From contig JACRIV010000025.1 of NCBI GenBank assembly GCA_016220005.1, positions 1,359-65,358 on the forward strand: a DNA stretch of 64,000 nt, given 5' to 3'. The notes below the pieces were generated by a model. The model was not told the DNA's origin. It searched no databases and saw only the letters and a program-made list of their open reading frames with translations. The position numbers and the translations under genes were made by a program. The stretch is from Deltaproteobacteria bacterium. Its GTDB lineage: Bacteria > Desulfobacterota > Deferrimicrobia > Deferrimicrobiales > Deferrimicrobiaceae. Each line of letters begins with the position of its first letter. Within the stretch, counting starts at the first letter, position 1. This document shows positions 8,992 through 21,085 of the stretch, in pieces.

Positions 8992-11015
8992 GCGGGATCC
9001 TCGACTACCTCTGGCTCGTCCCGGCGCTGCCGCTCCTGGGGGTCGTCCTCAACGGGGCGATCGCCCTCTTCTCCGAGCGGCCGCTCCTGCTGGCGGAAGC
9101 GGGCCACGAAGAAGCGGGCCATGGCCATGGCGATGCGCGTGGCGGAGATGAAGCCCCGGCGCCCTACCGGAAGCTCGTCGCCCTCATCGGCCCGGGGGTT
9201 GTGGGCGCGGCGTTCGCCGTTTCGCTCCTGTGCGTGCTCCAGCTCGCCGCAAGGGCTCCCCAAGACCGGCTCTTCGTCCAGGTCCTCTTCCCGTGGATCC
9301 AGGCGGGCGGCTTCACCGGTTCCGCGGCGCTCCAGCTCGACCCGCTCTCCGCGGTGATGATCCTCGTCGTCACCGGCGTCGGCTTCCTCATCCACGTCTA
9401 TTCCGTCGGGTACATGTCCCACGAGAAGGCGTTCGCCCGGTACTTCGTCTACCTGAACCTCTTCACTTTCGCGATGCTCACCCTGGTCCTGGGCAGCAAC
9501 TATCTCGTGATGTTCGTGGGCTGGGAGGGCGTGGGGCTGTGCTCCTACCTCCTGATCGGGTACTGGTACGAGAAGCAGAGCGCCTCCGACGCGGGGAAAA
9601 AGGCGTTCATCGTCAACCGGATCGGCGACTTCGGGTTCATCCTCGGGGTGTTCCTCCTCTTCTGGACCTTCGGGTCGGTCGACTACACCGAGGTCTTCGC
9701 GCGGATCCCGGCCCTTTCGGGCAACGGGACCCTGACCACCGAAATCGCCACGGCGATCACGCTGCTGCTCTTCGTGGGCGCCGTCGGCAAGTCGGCCCAG
9801 ATCCCCCTCTATGTCTGGCTGCCGGACGCGATGGAAGGCCCCACGCCGGTCTCCGCCCTCATCCACGCGGCGACGATGGTCACGGCGGGGGTCTACATGG
9901 TCGCCCGCTCGAGCGCCCTCTACATGCTGGCCCCCGTCTCGATGGGCGCGGTGGCGGCGGTGGGGGCGGTGACGGCCATCTTCTCCGCGACGATCGGCAT
10001 CACCCAGAACGACATCAAGAGGGTGCTCGCCTACTCGACCGTCTCCCAGCTCGGTTACATGTTCCTGGCCTGCGGAGTCGGGGCGTTCACCGCCGGGATC
10101 TTCCACCTGATGACTCACGCCTTCTTCAAGGCGCTGCTCTTCCTGGCTTCCGGGTCGGTGATCCACGCCCTCTCCGGCCAGCAGGACATGCGGAAGATGG
10201 GGAGCCTCAAGAAACACCTCCCGATCACGTTTCCCACGATGTTCATCGCGACGCTGGCGATCGCGGGGATCCCGGGGCTGTCGGGGTTTTTCTCCAAGGA
10301 CGAGATCCTGTGGAAGTCGTTTTCCTCCGAGCACGGACACCTCGCGTTGTGGGCGATCGGCACGCTGGCCGCGGGGGTCACGGCGTTCTACATGTTCCGC
10401 CTGGTGTTCATGACGTTTTATGGGGAATCCCGGATGGAGCCCGCCGTAGAGAAGCACGTTCACGAGTCCCCCTGGTCGATGACCGTCCCGCTCATGCTCC
10501 TGGCGGTCTTCTCGGTCATCGGCGGCTGGGTCGGTGTCCCCGAGGTCCTGGGGGGGCACAACTATTTCGAGGAATGGATGGCGCCGGTCTTCGGCCACGG
10601 GGCGGCCCACGAGGCTGCCCATCACCCCGCGGCGCTGGAGCTAGCCCTGATGGCCGGCTCGGTCCTGGTCGCGCTGTGCGGGATCGCGCTTGCGTACTAC
10701 CTCTACCGCGTCCGGACGAAGAAGCCGGAAGAGATCGCGGAAAAGGTCCCCGGGCTCTACGACGTGGTTCTCAACAAATATTACGTCGACGAGATCTACG
10801 ACATCGTCATCGTCCGCAAGGTGGTCAACGGGTCGATCTGGCTGTGGAACGCCTTCGACGCGGCGTTCATCGACGGGATCGTCAACGGGATCGCGGCGGT
10901 GGTGCGGGGCGCGGGCGACGGCGTCCGGCGCCTGCAGACCGGCGTGGTGGGGAACTACGCGTTCTCCCTGCTGCTCGGCGCGGTGCTCGTCGTCGGCTAC
11001 ATTCTCTTGCGATAG
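8985..11015 (+). CDS. nuoL: NADH-quinone oxidoreductase subunit L
   Basis: ATG at 8985 overlaps the nuoK stop. ~676-aa antiporter-like subunit with a long C-terminal amphipathic helix region. The track ORF 8682-11015 carries a spurious N-terminus. Confidence 0.9.
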   Translation: MVGGILDYLWLVPALPLLGVVLNGAIALFSERPLLLAEAGHEEAGHGHGDARGGDEAPAPYRKLVALIGPGVVGAAFAVSLLCVLQLAARAPQDRLFVQVLFPWIQAGGFTGSAALQLDPLSAVMILVVTGVGFLIHVYSVGYMSHEKAFARYFVYLNLFTFAMLTLVLGSNYLVMFVGWEGVGLCSYLLIGYWYEKQSASDAGKKAFIVNRIGDFGFILGVFLLFWTFGSVDYTEVFARIPALSGNGTLTTEIATAITLLLFVGAVGKSAQIPLYVWLPDAMEGPTPVSALIHAATMVTAGVYMVARSSALYMLAPVSMGAVAAVGAVTAIFSATIGITQNDIKRVLAYSTVSQLGYMFLACGVGAFTAGIFHLMTHAFFKALLFLASGSVIHALSGQQDMRKMGSLKKHLPITFPTMFIATLAIAGIPGLSGFFSKDEILWKSFSSEHGHLALWAIGTLAAGVTAFYMFRLVFMTFYGESRMEPAVEKHVHESPWSMTVPLMLLAVFSVIGGWVGVPEVLGGHNYFEEWMAPVFGHGAAHEAAHHPAALELALMAGSVLVALCGIALAYYLYRVRTKKPEEIAEKVPGLYDVVLNKYYVDEIYDIVIVRKVVNGSIWLWNAFDAAFIDGIVNGIAAVVRGAGDGVRRLQTGVVGNYAFSLLLGAVLVVGYILLR

Positions 11016-11055
11016 AACGGGAAAGGGAGCTCCTAGTGTACCGGAGCGTGCGAAC

Positions 11056-12630
<1,575 letters not shown>

Positions 12631-12640
12631 GGGACACCGG

Positions 12641-14116
12641 ATGTCGCCGATCCCCATAGATGCCGCCGCACTCCTGACCGGCCTGCGCTGCATCCTCCCC
12701 GAGATCCTCGTCGTGGCGACGGCGATCTTCGTCCTGTTCGTCGACCTTATGATTCCCGAGGAGAACAAGCGGATCCTGTGCGGGATCAGCCTTATCGGTG
12801 TCGTGATCTCCCTGTTCTCCGTCTTCCTCCTGGGGCCGGCCCGCATCAGCGGCTTCTCGGGCGCGGTCGTCCACGACGGGCTGGGAGCGTTCTTCGAGAT
12901 CGTCATCCTCGCCGCCTGCGCGCTGACCCTTCTGATGGCGACCGGCTACTCCGAGTGGGAGGGGACCCACAAGGGGGAGTTCTACTCCCTGCTGCTGCTC
13001 TCCACCTCCGGGATGATGTTCATGGCCAAGGGGACCGATCTCATGACGGTCTTCCTGGGGCTGGAGACGCTGTCCATCCCGATCTACGTCCTGGTCGGGT
13101 TCCACCGCCACCGGATGTCCTCGATCGAGGGGGCGCTGAAATATTTCCTCCTGGGGGCGTTCGCCTCGGGGTTCTTCCTGTACGGGGTCGCGCTGATGTA
13201 CGCCGCGACGGGGACCACCAAGATCCCGGCGCTGGCCGCCATGCTCCTCGACGCCCGACTGGCCGCCAACCCCGTCTTCCTCGCCGGAGTGGGCCTGCTC
13301 CTCGTGGGGCTCGCCTTCAAGGTGTCGCTGGTGCCGTTCCACATGTGGACGCCGGACGCCTACGAGGGCGCGCCCACGGTGGTGACCGCCTTCATGTCCG
13401 CCGCCGTCAAGGCCGCGGCCTTCGCCGCCCTCATCCGGGTCCTGCTCCTGACCTTCGGGGGGCTGCAGCCGGTGATGTGGAAGGTCCTGTGGGCCTTGTC
13501 GGTCCTCACGATGACCGTGGGGAACCTCTCGGCGCTCCTGCAGGACAACGTGAAGAGGATGCTCGCCTACTCCTCGATCGCCCACGCGGGGTACGTCCTC
13601 GTCGGGCTGGTCTCCGGCGACTTCCTCGGGGGCCAGGCGGCTCTCTTCTACCTGCTGGTCTACGCCTTCATGAACATCGGGGCGTTCGGCGTCGTGATCC
13701 TCATCGCCCAAAAGGAGGACGAGGGGTACGACATCCGGAACCTGGCGGGGATCGGGTTCAAGTACCCGGCGCTGGGAGCGTTCCTCACCCTCTTCCTCGT
13801 GTCGCTCGGGGGGATCCCGCCGACCGCGGGGTTCGTCGGGAAGTTCTATCTCTTCAGCGCGGCGGTGAAGAACGGCTACATCTGGCTGGCGGTCCTCGGC
13901 GTGCTGAACAGTGCCGCTTCCATCTATTACTATCTGCGACTCGTGGTCTACATGTACATGGTTCCCGCCGAGGGGGAGATGCCCGTCCCCCGGCCGTCGC
14001 GGCTCGCCTTCTCTGCGGCCCTGTTCGCTTCGGGAGCCGCGGTTCTCCTCCTCGGGATCTTCCCCGGCTCCGCGCTCGACCTCGCCGCCCGCTCCGTCCT
14101 CTCCTTGTTGATGTAG
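12641..14116 (+). CDS. nuoN: NADH-quinone oxidoreductase subunit N
   Basis: 491-aa antiporter-like subunit (MLAYSSIAHAGY, GIPPTAGFVGKFYLF). Last gene of the operon. Confidence 0.9.
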   Translation: MSPIPIDAAALLTGLRCILPEILVVATAIFVLFVDLMIPEENKRILCGISLIGVVISLFSVFLLGPARISGFSGAVVHDGLGAFFEIVILAACALTLLMATGYSEWEGTHKGEFYSLLLLSTSGMMFMAKGTDLMTVFLGLETLSIPIYVLVGFHRHRMSSIEGALKYFLLGAFASGFFLYGVALMYAATGTTKIPALAAMLLDARLAANPVFLAGVGLLLVGLAFKVSLVPFHMWTPDAYEGAPTVVTAFMSAAVKAAAFAALIRVLLLTFGGLQPVMWKVLWALSVLTMTVGNLSALLQDNVKRMLAYSSIAHAGYVLVGLVSGDFLGGQAALFYLLVYAFMNIGAFGVVILIAQKEDEGYDIRNLAGIGFKYPALGAFLTLFLVSLGGIPPTAGFVGKFYLFSAAVKNGYIWLAVLGVLNSAASIYYYLRLVVYMYMVPAEGEMPVPRPSRLAFSAALFASGAAVLLLGIFPGSALDLAARSVLSLLM

Positions 14117-14284
14117 CCGAAGCACCGGGACATTCCCTCCTCGACTCGGACGGTGTACCCGCGGGGGTCTCGGGGCATGAGCAAACCGATCCTCATTCGG
14201 TCTTTCAATTGGCCGGGATGGATAGTTTCGATCAGCCGAGACAATATCTTGCAATTAGCCGACACAAAAGGTTACGATCGGACG

Positions 14285-14747
14285 ATGATGGCTGAAGCGA
14301 CTCTCTACCCCCGCTATATCGAGCCACGCCTCTCCGAGGCGCTGGCGGACACACCGGTCGTGCTGATTCACGGCCCGCGCCAGTGCGGCAAAACGACCCT
14401 GGCGCGCATGGTTGGCGACGCTGGGGCAACTGTTGGAGACCTTTGTGTTCCAGGAGCTGCGCCGACAGGCAGGCTGGGACGAAGCGCCCGTGCTCTTTTT
14501 TCATTTCCGCGACAAGGATGGGGCGGAAGTGGATATAGTCCTCGAACGCGGCGCGCGCGAACTGGCCGGCGTCGAGGTCAAGGCGGCCGCCACCGTGACG
14601 GCGGCGGATTTCCGCGGGCTGCGCAAATTGCGCGAGGCGGCGGGCTCGCGATTCACCGCCGGTGTCGTGCTCTATGATGGGGAGAGGAGCCTGTCTTTCG
14701 GCGAGCGCCTGTATGCCGTCCCGATCCGAAGTCTGTGGGAATCCTGA
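14285..14747 (+). pseudogene. Remnant of a DUF4143-family AAA ATPase. The N-terminal P-loop part is joined by an internal deletion and frameshift to the C-terminal DUF4143 part.
   Basis: Frame A (ORF 14153-14677) encodes ...VVLIHGPRQCGKTTLARMVGDAG, a Walker A motif. About 25 nt later, frame C (ORF 14412-14747) encodes ...LLETFVFQELRRQ...EVDIVLERG..., the C-terminal domain of the same ~400-aa family. About 240 central codons are missing. Confidence 0.6.
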
Positions 14748-14924
14748 TGGTCGCCCATCCGCTCCATGGGCCGTAGCGCCTGCTCGGTGATCGCAGGGCG
14801 GCATACCATGTCGGGCATGGACAGGACGTGCTCCTGAAAATCGGGCGCGTTCCTCTCAAGGGTCGTTTTCGGCCATCGTACCAGACCCGCGCGAAATGTA
14901 AATCGGAGGGCCTTGGAGCCCCAT

Positions 14925-15572
14925 TCATCGCGATAGAGTTCGCCATCGCAGGGGGAGGAACCGGGGAACTTTCCGTTGGTAATCGCGGTAGGCCTCCCCG
15001 AATTTCCTCAGGAGCCGGCGCTCCTCGAAGAATGTTCCCACGTAAAAATAGAGCACGATCATGATCGTGGATACAAACGTGTTTACGCTTTGCGCCGGAC
15101 TGAAGGCGAGGAAGACCGAGATCCCGAGGTAGAGCGGATGGCGGACAATGGAATACGCCTTCTCAGTAAATAGCCGGTCGTTGCTCCCATCCGCCGCCGG
15201 CTCGCCTTTTCGATGTCGCTCCCATTGGCGCAGGCCGACGAACTCCTTGAGGTCCCACGGGGTCCACAAGAGAAAAAGGATCCCGCACCCCTGCGCGGCG
15301 TTGCACAGGATGCGCGGCCATCCCTCCACGCGATAGAGGGGGGCGTCCGGCAGGGACCGGAGATGGAGTACGAGGAGCAGGAACGCCGCGGCCGAATAGG
15401 TGGTGAAGACGAGCCGGTGCCAGCCGGCGAACGCCCGCTCGCCCATAAGGGCCCGCACCCGGCGCTCGTACCCTTCCGAGACGGTCAGGCTGTGGAAGAC
15501 CGCGAAGGCGGCCCAGGCGAGGACGACGCGCAGAACGTCCATCACAACCTCCAACACTCCCCATTTAGCCAT
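14925..15572 (-). CDS. Membrane-bound SAM-dependent methyltransferase, isoprenylcysteine carboxyl / phospholipid methyltransferase (ICMT/PEMT) family
   Basis: 215 aa with multiple TM helices. C-terminal motifs VRHPLYLG and EERRLLRKFGEAYRDYQRKVPRF are typical of this family. Confidence 0.65.
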   Translation of the reverse strand: MAKWGVLEVVMDVLRVVLAWAAFAVFHSLTVSEGYERRVRALMGERAFAGWHRLVFTTYSAAAFLLLVLHLRSLPDAPLYRVEGWPRILCNAAQGCGILFLLWTPWDLKEFVGLRQWERHRKGEPAADGSNDRLFTEKAYSIVRHPLYLGISVFLAFSPAQSVNTFVSTIMIVLYFYVGTFFEERRLLRKFGEAYRDYQRKVPRFLPLRWRTLSR

Positions 15573-15652
15573 CGCCGCCGGCTCCGTGGCAAGCGTTCCC
15601 GGCGGAGCCGTCCGGCTTTTCGCTTGCCGACGCGCTGGATATACTGGAGCGG

Positions 15653-16843
15653 ATGAAATGCCCGATCTGCAGAATCTCCTCCATGCGCCGGATCGTCTCG
15701 GGGGGACAGGAGATCGACTGCTGCACCGCCTGCGGCGCCCTCTGGTTCGACCCCGGGGAGGTACGGGAGCTGACGGAGGGGCGACTTGCGATCGGCGGCG
15801 AAGGGGAGACGTCGCCGGATCCGCCAGGCAACAGGGAGACTGGAGAAAAACGGGGAGCGCTCCTTTTCCGGGTGCGCCGCGAGGCTGGCTCCCTGGCGTG
15901 CCCCTGCTGCGAAGGGAGGCTCACGGCGGTCGATTTCCAGCTCACGGGGACCCCGGTAGTTCATTGCTCGAACTGCGAAGGGATCCTTGCCCCTCGTGCT
16001 TCCGCGGCGGCGATCGCCGCAAAGTTCCGCCTCTTCCGGGAGCATGGGGAGAAGTTCGCGGCCCTCGGCGAGATCCTTGCCCGGAGAGAGCAGGAGCGGA
16101 TCGAAGGGAAGTACGGGCCGGTGGGACAGGGCTCCGGCGTGACGGTCCCTCTGCCCGTGGTCGTGCCGCTGGCGGACGACGGACCGGACCTCCGGTCGCT
16201 TCCCCTTATCACCGGGGCCTTCATCGCTCTGTCGGTTGTTATCTACCTAATCGGCCAGTTCCGCGGGGCGCCTCTTCCCCTGCCCGGCGGCCTCGCCGGC
16301 CTGCCGTCGGGAACAGGCTTCGCCGGCGTCCCGAGATTGCCCCTCCTGTTCGCCCCCTTCTTCCACGCCGGGCTCCTGCCGCTTCTCGCCGGCTCCCTCT
16401 TTCTGCTCGTCCTCGGCGACAACGTGGAGGACCGGATGGGGGCCGTCCCGTACTTCCTGTTTTACCTTTTCTGCGCCGCCTGTGCGGGGGCGGCCCACGT
16501 CCTGTGGGGGAAGCCCGGGGGTCCGCCCGCGGTGGGCTCGGCCGGCGCCGTGGCCGGGATCCTCGGCGCCTACCTCGTCTTCTTCCCGAACGTTTCGATC
16601 CGGATGTACGGAATGGGGCGGATCCTTACCCTTCCGGCCTACCTCTTCGCCTCCGCCTGGATGGTCGCCGTGTTCTTCTTGGGTGCCGGGTCCGAGGGTC
16701 CCCTGCCGAGGTTACTCGACCCCGCGCCGCTTTCCCTTCCGGGGAACCTGGCGGGGTTCGGGGCCGGGGTCGCGGTGGCCCTTGCATGGCGCATCGGGGA
16801 ACAGGGGAAAGGGGATTCTCGCCCCGATACCGCATCCGGATGA
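15653..16843 (+). CDS. Rhomboid-family intramembrane protease homolog with an N-terminal double zinc-ribbon domain
   Basis: N-terminal CPIC...CTAC and CPCC...CSNC zinc ribbons, a soluble linker, then a 6-TM rhomboid core (HAGLLPL...GDNVEDRMG; GSAGAVAGILGAYLVFFP carrying GxSG). Confidence 0.7.
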   Translation: MKCPICRISSMRRIVSGGQEIDCCTACGALWFDPGEVRELTEGRLAIGGEGETSPDPPGNRETGEKRGALLFRVRREAGSLACPCCEGRLTAVDFQLTGTPVVHCSNCEGILAPRASAAAIAAKFRLFREHGEKFAALGEILARREQERIEGKYGPVGQGSGVTVPLPVVVPLADDGPDLRSLPLITGAFIALSVVIYLIGQFRGAPLPLPGGLAGLPSGTGFAGVPRLPLLFAPFFHAGLLPLLAGSLFLLVLGDNVEDRMGAVPYFLFYLFCAACAGAAHVLWGKPGGPPAVGSAGAVAGILGAYLVFFPNVSIRMYGMGRILTLPAYLFASAWMVAVFFLGAGSEGPLPRLLDPAPLSLPGNLAGFGAGVAVALAWRIGEQGKGDSRPDTASG

Positions 16844-16853
16844 ATCGTCCGCG

Positions 16854-18770
16854 CTACTTCCCTTTGCGCAGCACCCGCTTGTCCCCCACGCGCAGCGTCA
16901 CCTTGGTCAGGTCGAAATATTCGAGCAGGGGGATGATGTACTTGCGGGAGAGGCCGGCCAACTCCTTGAACTCCGGCACGGTGATCTCCCCTCGCTTTTC
17001 AAGGAAGGCAACGAGCTTCTCCTTGAGGGCGGCGACCTCTCCCGGGTCGAAGTAGAGGTCCTTGACCCGCACGACCGTTCCCGCCCGGACCATCCCGTCC
17101 ACCGTCTTGTCGAACGCCTTGGCGTCCCCGGACGGAAGGTTCTGCGCAAGCTCCGTCCGGGAAAGGGCGGAGAGGCGCGCCTGCCTCAGCCTCTCCGTGA
17201 CGGCGCGCGCCAAGGGCGAGGAGAGCTCCACGGACCGGGGCCGCCTCGCGGGGAGGAAATAGAGGTCGCCGTTCTTCCCTATGTCCGAGGCGCCGGAGAG
17301 GGAGAGGCCGACCAGGGCGGGGGCGGGCGCACCCGGCAGAAGGGCGGCGATCTCCTCGCGGGGGAACCCCTCCCGTTCCGGAAAACGGTCGTGCAGCCGG
17401 GAGAGTGCCTCGGCCCCTTGCCGGGCGATCCCCCTTAGGGCGGTCCTGTGCCAGTAGCGGGAACTCCCCTCCATTCCTCGGATCTCCCCGGCGGAAAGGT
17501 ATTGCCCGATCTCCCGCCTTGCAGCTTCCGGCCCGATCCCGGCGACGGCGGCCGCCTCCCCCCCCTCCATGCCTCCCCAGCCGGCGTCCTCCAGGGCCGC
17601 AAGGATCCGGGTCCGGGCCTCCGGCACATCGAGGCGAAGCAACGTCACGGGAACCGCCTTTCCCGCGCCCCTCCTCGGGGGGGGGCTGGGGTGCAGAACC
17701 CGGCCTCCGCCGATCGTGTACCCGAAGTTCTCCAGCGGGGAGAAGCCGCGCAGGATGAACCGGTCTCCCCCCAGGAGGATCGTCTCCTCCGCGAGGAGGA
17801 GCCGGGCATGGCCCGACCCGCCGGGGGGGATCTCGGCCGTTCCGTAGAGCAGGACCCGGGCGAGGCAGGACGAGGTGAAGGCGTGGAAGGAGACCTGCGC
17901 GCGGTTCTTCAAGGGGCGCGGGGCCAAGGGCAGGTAATCGAGGAACACTTCCGCCGCGCGGGTGGGGCGCAGCGTCCCGGGCCTGCACAGGACCGATCCG
18001 CGGGGGACGCTCTCCTTCTCCACGCCCTGCAGGTTCACGGCGGTGCGGGTCCCCGCCACGGATGTCTCCGCCTGGCCCCCATGGACCTGCAGCCCCCGGA
18101 CGCGGGCGACGATCCCTCGGGGCAGGATCTCGACCTCTTCGCCGACGCGCACCGTGCCCCCGACCAGGGTGCCGGTGACCACCGTGCCGAAGCCTTTCAT
18201 CGTGAAGGAGCGGTCGACGGGGAGGCGGAAGAAGACGGAGGGATCCTTTCCCGCGACGTCCGCGGCGATCCGGTCCAGGGCGGCCGTAAGCGCCGGAAGC
18301 CCCTCCCCGCTCGCTGCAGAGACCCGCACGATGGGCGCACCCTCGAGGAAGGTCCCTCGCACGAATTTGCGGACCTCTTCCTCTTGCAGGTCGATCCACT
18401 CCTCGTCGACCTTGTCACACTTGTTGAGGACCACCAGGCCGTGGCGGACCGCGAGGAGCCGGCAGATGTCGAGGTGCTCGCGGGTCTGCGGCATGACCCC
18501 TTCGTCCGCCGCGATCACGAGCATCACGATGTCGACCCCCGCCGCTCCGGCGACCATCGTCCGGACGAACTTCTCGTGGCCGGGAACGTCGACGATTCCC
18601 GCGAGGGCCCCCGAGGGGAGCCCCAGGTGCGCAAATCCCAGCTCGATCGTGATCCCCCGCTCCTTCTCCTCCTTGAGCCGGTCCGGGTCGATCCCTGTCA
18701 GGGCGCGGACCAGCGCGCTCTTCCCGTGATCGATATGGCCGGCGGTTCCGACGATCACTCGCTTGGACAT
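16854..18770 (-). CDS. selB: Selenocysteine-specific translation elongation factor
   Basis: 638 aa. GTPase G1-G4 motifs ([20 protein letters not shown]), EF-Tu-like domains 2 and 3, and C-terminal winged-helix SECIS-binding repeats. Confidence 0.9.
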   Translation of the reverse strand: MSKRVIVGTAGHIDHGKSALVRALTGIDPDRLKEEKERGITIELGFAHLGLPSGALAGIVDVPGHEKFVRTMVAGAAGVDIVMLVIAADEGVMPQTREHLDICRLLAVRHGLVVLNKCDKVDEEWIDLQEEEVRKFVRGTFLEGAPIVRVSAASGEGLPALTAALDRIAADVAGKDPSVFFRLPVDRSFTMKGFGTVVTGTLVGGTVRVGEEVEILPRGIVARVRGLQVHGGQAETSVAGTRTAVNLQGVEKESVPRGSVLCRPGTLRPTRAAEVFLDYLPLAPRPLKNRAQVSFHAFTSSCLARVLLYGTAEIPPGGSGHARLLLAEETILLGGDRFILRGFSPLENFGYTIGGGRVLHPSPPPRRGAGKAVPVTLLRLDVPEARTRILAALEDAGWGGMEGGEAAAVAGIGPEAARREIGQYLSAGEIRGMEGSSRYWHRTALRGIARQGAEALSRLHDRFPEREGFPREEIAALLPGAPAPALVGLSLSGASDIGKNGDLYFLPARRPRSVELSSPLARAVTERLRQARLSALSRTELAQNLPSGDAKAFDKTVDGMVRAGTVVRVKDLYFDPGEVAALKEKLVAFLEKRGEITVPEFKELAGLSRKYIIPLLEYFDLTKVTLRVGDKRVLRKGK

Positions 18771-18815
18771 GGAGGTATCTTACTGGATTTTCCCGCGTGC
18801 GGTAATATAGGGGGC

Positions 18816-19796
18816 ATGGCCACTCCGTCCGCGGAAGCGATATTCGGCCATTCCGGCCCCGCCGCGAAGGGGGCGGCGGTCTCCGTGCTTCTGACCGCCG
18901 TCACACTCTTCCTCTTCTCCGTGCCGGAGCAGTCCGACGTGTGGCACCAGTCCCGCGACCTGATCCAGAAGCTCTTCTTCTTCCCCCTCCTCCTCTCGGC
19001 AGCCTGGTTCGGGGGCCCCGGGGCCGCGGTGTCCACCGTGGTCATCACCGGGGTCTGCGGGTCGGCGCTCCTGTTCGGCAGGCCGGGCAACCTGGCGACC
19101 ATGGCCGGGTGGATGGGCGAGCTGGGCGTCTTCTGGATGGTGGGGGCACTCGCGGCAAGCTTTTTCGAGCAGCAGAAGAAGTATGTCCGGAACATGGAGG
19201 AGGCCAACGAGAACACCCTGATCGCCCTTGCTTCCGCCCTGGACGTCCGGGAGCACGGGACGGGTCTGCACTCCCAGCGCGTGGCCGAGTTCACCCTCCG
19301 GCTAGCGCAGGAGATGGACATCTCGGATATTTCGGAGCTCGCCGTAATCTGGAAAGGGGCGATGTTGCATGACATCGGGAAGATCGGCATCCCCGACCGG
19401 GTTCTTCTCAAGCCGGGGCCGTTGACCGAGGGCGAATGGCAGATCATGAGGAGGCACCCCGAGGTCGGTCACCGGATGCTCGAGAGGATCGAATTCCTCT
19501 GCGGGCCCGCGGAGATCGTCCTCTGCCATCACGAGAGGTTCGACGGGACGGGGTACCCCCGGGGCCTTTCCGGGGAGGAGATCCCCCTGGGCGCCCGCCT
19601 GTTTGCGGTGATCGACGTCTACGACGCTCTGACGACCGTGCGGTCGTACCACGACTCGGCGACGCATGCCGCGGCGCTTTCGGAGATCCGGGCGGGAGCC
19701 GGGAGTCATTTCGATCCTGCCGTCGTGGCCGCCTTCGAGAGGGTGCCGGCGGAAGGGTGGGCGGCGATCGCCGCGAGGAACCACCGGGGAGGATGA
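18816..19796 (+). CDS. Membrane-anchored HD-GYP domain phosphodiesterase (c-di-GMP)
   Basis: Internal ATG at codon 457 of track ORF 17448-19796. The upstream part of that ORF is antisense to selB. 4 predicted TM helices, then an HD domain (HDIGKIGIP ... HHERFDGTGYP). Confidence 0.8.
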   Translation: MATPSAEAIFGHSGPAAKGAAVSVLLTAVTLFLFSVPEQSDVWHQSRDLIQKLFFFPLLLSAAWFGGPGAAVSTVVITGVCGSALLFGRPGNLATMAGWMGELGVFWMVGALAASFFEQQKKYVRNMEEANENTLIALASALDVREHGTGLHSQRVAEFTLRLAQEMDISDISELAVIWKGAMLHDIGKIGIPDRVLLKPGPLTEGEWQIMRRHPEVGHRMLERIEFLCGPAEIVLCHHERFDGTGYPRGLSGEEIPLGARLFAVIDVYDALTTVRSYHDSATHAAALSEIRAGAGSHFDPAVVAAFERVPAEGWAAIAARNHRGG

Positions 19797-20083
19797 AGCG
19801 GAAGGGCGGATCGGACCGGCCGCACCGGGTCCCGATCGAGGACCATATCGACCTCCATACCTTCGCTCCGGAGGAGGTCACCGCCCTTCTTGAGGATTAC
19901 CTGGAGGCGGTGGCCCGCGCGGGGTTCCGGCAGGTGCGGATCATCCACGGCCGGGGGATCGGCGTGCAGCGGCGGATCGTCCGCTCCGTCCTTTCCCGCC
20001 ATCCCCTGGTGGAAGCCTTCGGCGATGCGCCTCCCGAAGCGGGCGGCTGGGGCGCGACGATGGTGCTGCTCCGCCGGGGATAA
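19793..20083 (+). CDS. Smr-domain protein (small MutS-related nuclease/RNA-binding domain)
   Basis: ATG overlaps the HD-GYP stop (ATGA). 96 aa with the Smr signature LHTF...ALLEDYLEAVARAGFRQVRIIHGRGIG. Confidence 0.75.
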   Translation: MKRKGGSDRPHRVPIEDHIDLHTFAPEEVTALLEDYLEAVARAGFRQVRIIHGRGIGVQRRIVRSVLSRHPLVEAFGDAPPEAGGWGATMVLLRRG

Positions 20084-20100
20084 GCCGCCCCCGCCGGGCG

Positions 20101-20448
20101 CTACTTCCTGCAGTTGATCTCGATCCGGTTCACGCCCGCGACGGCCGCCCGGTCCCTCTTCACCGTGGCGTCGGAGCGGAGCGACTTCAGCACGCAGGAC
20201 AGCGCGGCGGCGTGAAGGGCGCTCTCCGGTTTCTCCGTGAGCCGGTACGACATCCACAGCCCGTCTCTCTTCGAGTCCACCAGGCCCGCTTCATGGAGCG
20301 TCTTCAGGTGGTGGGAAACGTTAGGCTGAGATCCTTTCAGGACGTACTGGATTTCGCAGACGCAAAGCGGCCGCCTCTCCAGCATCTTGAGTATCCGTAA
20401 ACGCGTCTCGTTGGATAGCGCCTTGAACAATCTTGCGGTCGCCTTCAA
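20101..20448 (-). CDS. arsR: ArsR-family metalloregulatory transcriptional repressor
   Basis: 115 aa. HTH motif ALSNETRLRILKML and an As(III)-binding LCVCEI motif. Divergent from arsC. Confidence 0.8.
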   Translation of the reverse strand: MKATARLFKALSNETRLRILKMLERRPLCVCEIQYVLKGSQPNVSHHLKTLHEAGLVDSKRDGLWMSYRLTEKPESALHAAALSCVLKSLRSDATVKRDRAAVAGVNRIEINCRK

Positions 20449-20574
20449 CTGCCCCCCCCCGGGTTATTAGTATAAACTAACCCTTTGAACGGTGAAGGGG
20501 CAAGCCGTCGAGGCCGCTCCCGCACATCGGTGTGCTGCGCGGCACTCGGCCATCCTTGGTCTTGGGGAGATGCA

Positions 20575-21042
20575 ATGAGTAAAGGGGAAATCCCCGTCGC
20601 GGGGCGCCGGATCAAGGTGCTGTTCCTGTGCACGGGAAACGCTTGCCGCAGCCAGATGGCCGAGGGGTGGGCCCGGGCGCTCAAGTCCGAACGGATCGAG
20701 GCGTATTCGGCGGGCGTCATGCCCTGTTTCGTCCACCCGCTTGCGATCCGGGTGATGAAGGAGGCCGGCGTCGACATCGCCGGCCAGTATTCCAAGCATG
20801 TCGACGATCTGGACGGGATCGCCTTCGACTACATCGTGACCCTGTGCGACTATGCGGACCAGAAATGCCCCGTCTTCCCCGGCCAGGGGAAGCGGATCCA
20901 CCGGCCGTTCGAGGACCCGATCCGCGCCCGCGGCACCGAGGCCGAGGTCCTGGCCAAGTTCCGCTCGGTTCGGAACCGGCTCCGCCGGTTCGTCGAGAGG
21001 ATGCCGGAGAACCTCGAGGAGCCCGCCGGTCACAGGGATTGA
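20575..21042 (+). CDS. arsC: Arsenate reductase, LMW-PTPase / thioredoxin-coupled family
   Basis: Internal ATG of track ORF 20485-21042. The CTGNACRSQMAEGW P-loop and downstream Cys residues (YIVTLCDYADQKCP) are present. Confidence 0.85.
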   Translation: MSKGEIPVAGRRIKVLFLCTGNACRSQMAEGWARALKSERIEAYSAGVMPCFVHPLAIRVMKEAGVDIAGQYSKHVDDLDGIAFDYIVTLCDYADQKCPVFPGQGKRIHRPFEDPIRARGTEAEVLAKFRSVRNRLRRFVERMPENLEEPAGHRD

Positions 21043-21056
21043 TTATCCGTCCTTAG

Positions 21057-21072
21057 GTGTATTACCATACAC
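21057..21072 (+). promoter_or_regulatory. Inverted-repeat operator GTGTAT-TACC-ATACAC immediately upstream of the vapB SD (AGGAGG at 21076-21081)
   Basis: 6-bp perfect inverted arms with a 4-bp spacer, 13 nt before the start codon. This is the classic position of a VapB autoregulation site. Confidence 0.5.
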
Positions 21073-21085
21073 ATCAGGAGGCCAT

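Noticed and set aside
17448-18815. 5-prime 456 codons of the 782-aa track ORF 17448-19796.
   Set aside because: This stretch is antisense to selB and compositionally non-protein-like. Only the downstream part from ATG 18816 (HD-GYP) is a real gene.
20449-20574. Candidate ArsR operator TTAGTATAAACTAA in the arsR-arsC divergent region.
   Set aside because: Only 4-bp inverted arms in an AT-rich patch. Plausible, but too weak to call from sequence alone.
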